Assembly (NCBI GenBank): GCA_964036045.1
Contig: OZ038378.1
Location: 1,178,001-1,242,000 of the forward strand
DNA from: Eutreptiella sp. 'Long Island Sound 2002'
Lineage: Eukaryota > Protista > Euglenida
Reading direction: 5' to 3'
Length of the DNA: 64,000 nt
Every line of letters starts with the position of its first letter. Position 1 is the stretch's first letter. A program made the translations under genes and the position numbers. The notes beneath the pieces were generated by a model. It did no database searches. It was not told where the DNA came from and was given only the letters and a program-made list of their open reading frames with translations. Below, one piece after another: positions 62,295 through 64,000 of the stretch.

Positions 62295-62477
62295 ATGCCT
62301 TGGACCGTGGGTTCCATGGCAGCCCGACAGCCAATGGACTCGAACTCCAATCCACCTGGCTATGAGCAACCCATGGAAGGGCACCCGGACAACCTGCAGA
62401 CTCGAGCTCCAATCCGTTTGGCTATGGGTCACCTATCCCCCTCCATCGTCAACAAAAGCAATGGGTGGGTTTTTTCA
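62295..62477 (-). repeat. Dimeric tRNA-like/SINE-like repeat, copy 2
   Basis: Matches 58270-58450. Confidence 0.5.
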
Positions 62478-62711
62478 GTTTTTGGTTTTGGCTTGTCTAT
62501 TGTCACATCCGGTTCAAATTAGGGGGGGGTTTCGTTCACGGAAAATGTCTGATCTTGCGGATCCCCTAGCACAATCCCCAGCAAACCGTCTCAAGAGGAG
62601 TCCGTTGGAAATGAGCATCACAGACTGCACACTCCGCTGAGCAGGAGGTGCCCTAGCGTTGCGAGGGAAATGAATCTCACAGATGTTGCACATACCTGCA
62701 GGGAAACGAAG

Positions 62712-62800
62712 CGAAAAGCGTGTTTGGCAGGACTCGAACCTCCCTCATGGGGTGCAGTGGCATATGGAACCAAGGTTTGTGTACAGGGCCAAACAACCGC
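62712..62800 (-). ncRNA. Degenerate tRNA-like / Pol III-type sequence
   Basis: Minus strand: TGTTTG...GGAGGTTCGAGTCCTGC-CAAACA-CGC-TTTT gives a 6-bp acceptor-like stem, a T-loop/B-box and a T4 terminator, but no recognisable D arm, A-box or anticodon arm. Confidence 0.25.
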
Positions 62801-63339
62801 TGTTAGTGTTGGTGCACTTCACTGGTCACAACAGAAGCACACATGAGGGGTGGGCAGATGTATGCCGCAGGTGGTCATTTCTAGAGATGCACCCCAGCCC
62901 TCGGGAGTTGCCAGACTCGCCATGCAGCGGCTCTCTCTCTCACAAGACTGGTCAGATATTTTGGTTTCGGGTGCACCCTGACCTATGGCACTTGCAGCAC
63001 TCACTGTAGCGCAGCTTCCCGTTTTTGCAGAGGGGTGGGATGGTACATGTCCCTGCACGGTTACGGCTGCATCAATTTCCTCTACTGGCACTTACCCCAT
63101 CTCGGTGTGGCGGCAGCACCTAACCCCTAATGCCCTCGGCAGAGGCGAATTCTTGAAGAGGACATGGAGGACCCGCTTTCGCTACAACCCTATACAGCAT
63201 GTGGCAATCAAACAATCCCATCAAACACTTGCATCTCAGCCCACCGATGCCAAGAAAGTCTGATGTAAGGCATGGCTTGCTATTTAGGCTTGAGGTGTTG
63301 TTGTCCGTGTCCTTGGTACCCCCCATTGGATACATCCAA

Positions 63340-63425
63340 CGCACAGAGCTGTTCGTGGCCGTGATATCCGGAACGCCGGCTGCAGTTGCGCAAGCCCTAC
63401 AATGTGGTGCGAACCCCCAAAGCGG
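63340..63425 (+). pseudogene. Possible single ankyrin-like repeat fragment
   Basis: TELFVAVISGTPAAVAQALQCGANP resembles T-x-L-x-x-A-x-x-x-G...V-x-x-LL-x-x-GA-x-P; one repeat only, with no exon boundaries established. Confidence 0.2.
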
Positions 63426-64000
63426 GTCCAGATCCAGTTCCCAAGACTATGGTTGGGGCAGTAGTCGCAGGCGTGCTATTGCCATCGCACTAGCGTCCAC
63501 CAGAGCTCATCAGAGATGGCACCAACATTTCCGCTGGCTCCAACTTGCTAGTGCGTGTGGGGGGGACCATTACACTTGAGCACATTCATCCCCTTTCCCC
63601 CCCACTCTCTGTAAGAGGATCGCCTCTCACCCCGTCAACGTATGATGTGGCATGGTCCCATACACCCAATCGGAAGTGGTTCTGTCATGATATGTCAACC
63701 CCACCCCTTTGGAACAATTTTTTTACTGCCATTTCATAACTTGCAAAAAAATGTGTAGCAGGAAGATCATGCTTGAAGAAACAGTGCAATGTATCCAACA
63801 AAATCCGAACATCCCAAAATCCCAGCCCAGGTTGGTGCACATTTCAGCTTGGTTTAAACCCCATGATTTTCACCAATACCTTCAGTTCCTCATCGCAATG
63901 GAATGTACATTGTACTCAAACCAAATACACTTCGTTCCAAACACCGCATCGCTTTTGAGCATACTGAACAACAAGCACATTGGTGTAACCTTTTTGTCTC

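Overview
Eukaryotic, repeat-dense DNA with GT-AG introns, long poly-G/C runs and no prokaryote-style operons; the taxon cannot be determined from the sequence. One host-type gene is visible: a multi-exon SRCR (scavenger receptor cysteine-rich) gene at about 17.0-20.4 kb with four phase-1 SRCR exons and a Ser-Pro linker exon. About 21.6-55.6 kb is a degenerate array of ~2-kb units carrying at least six nested insertions. The most striking is a 6,534-bp element (32755-39288) with 22-bp terminal inverted repeats (TIRs) and a 5-bp target-site duplication (TSD). It encodes a putative DDE-type transposase and a spliced gene with a ParB-like N-terminus and possibly a degenerate amino-methyltransferase fold, and carries about 14 copies of the perfect 20-bp palindrome CTGGCCGAAATTTCGGCCAG. 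Other insertions are a 508-bp solo LTR, a 2.3-kb TIR element (8-bp TSD) carrying an 87-bp tandem array and a zinc-finger ORF, and an intronless RING/Tudor-like ORF. The flanks hold a hAT deletion derivative, a LINE RNase H remnant, tRNA-like SINE candidates and decayed ORFs. All protein-family calls come from reading motifs by eye; no database search was run.
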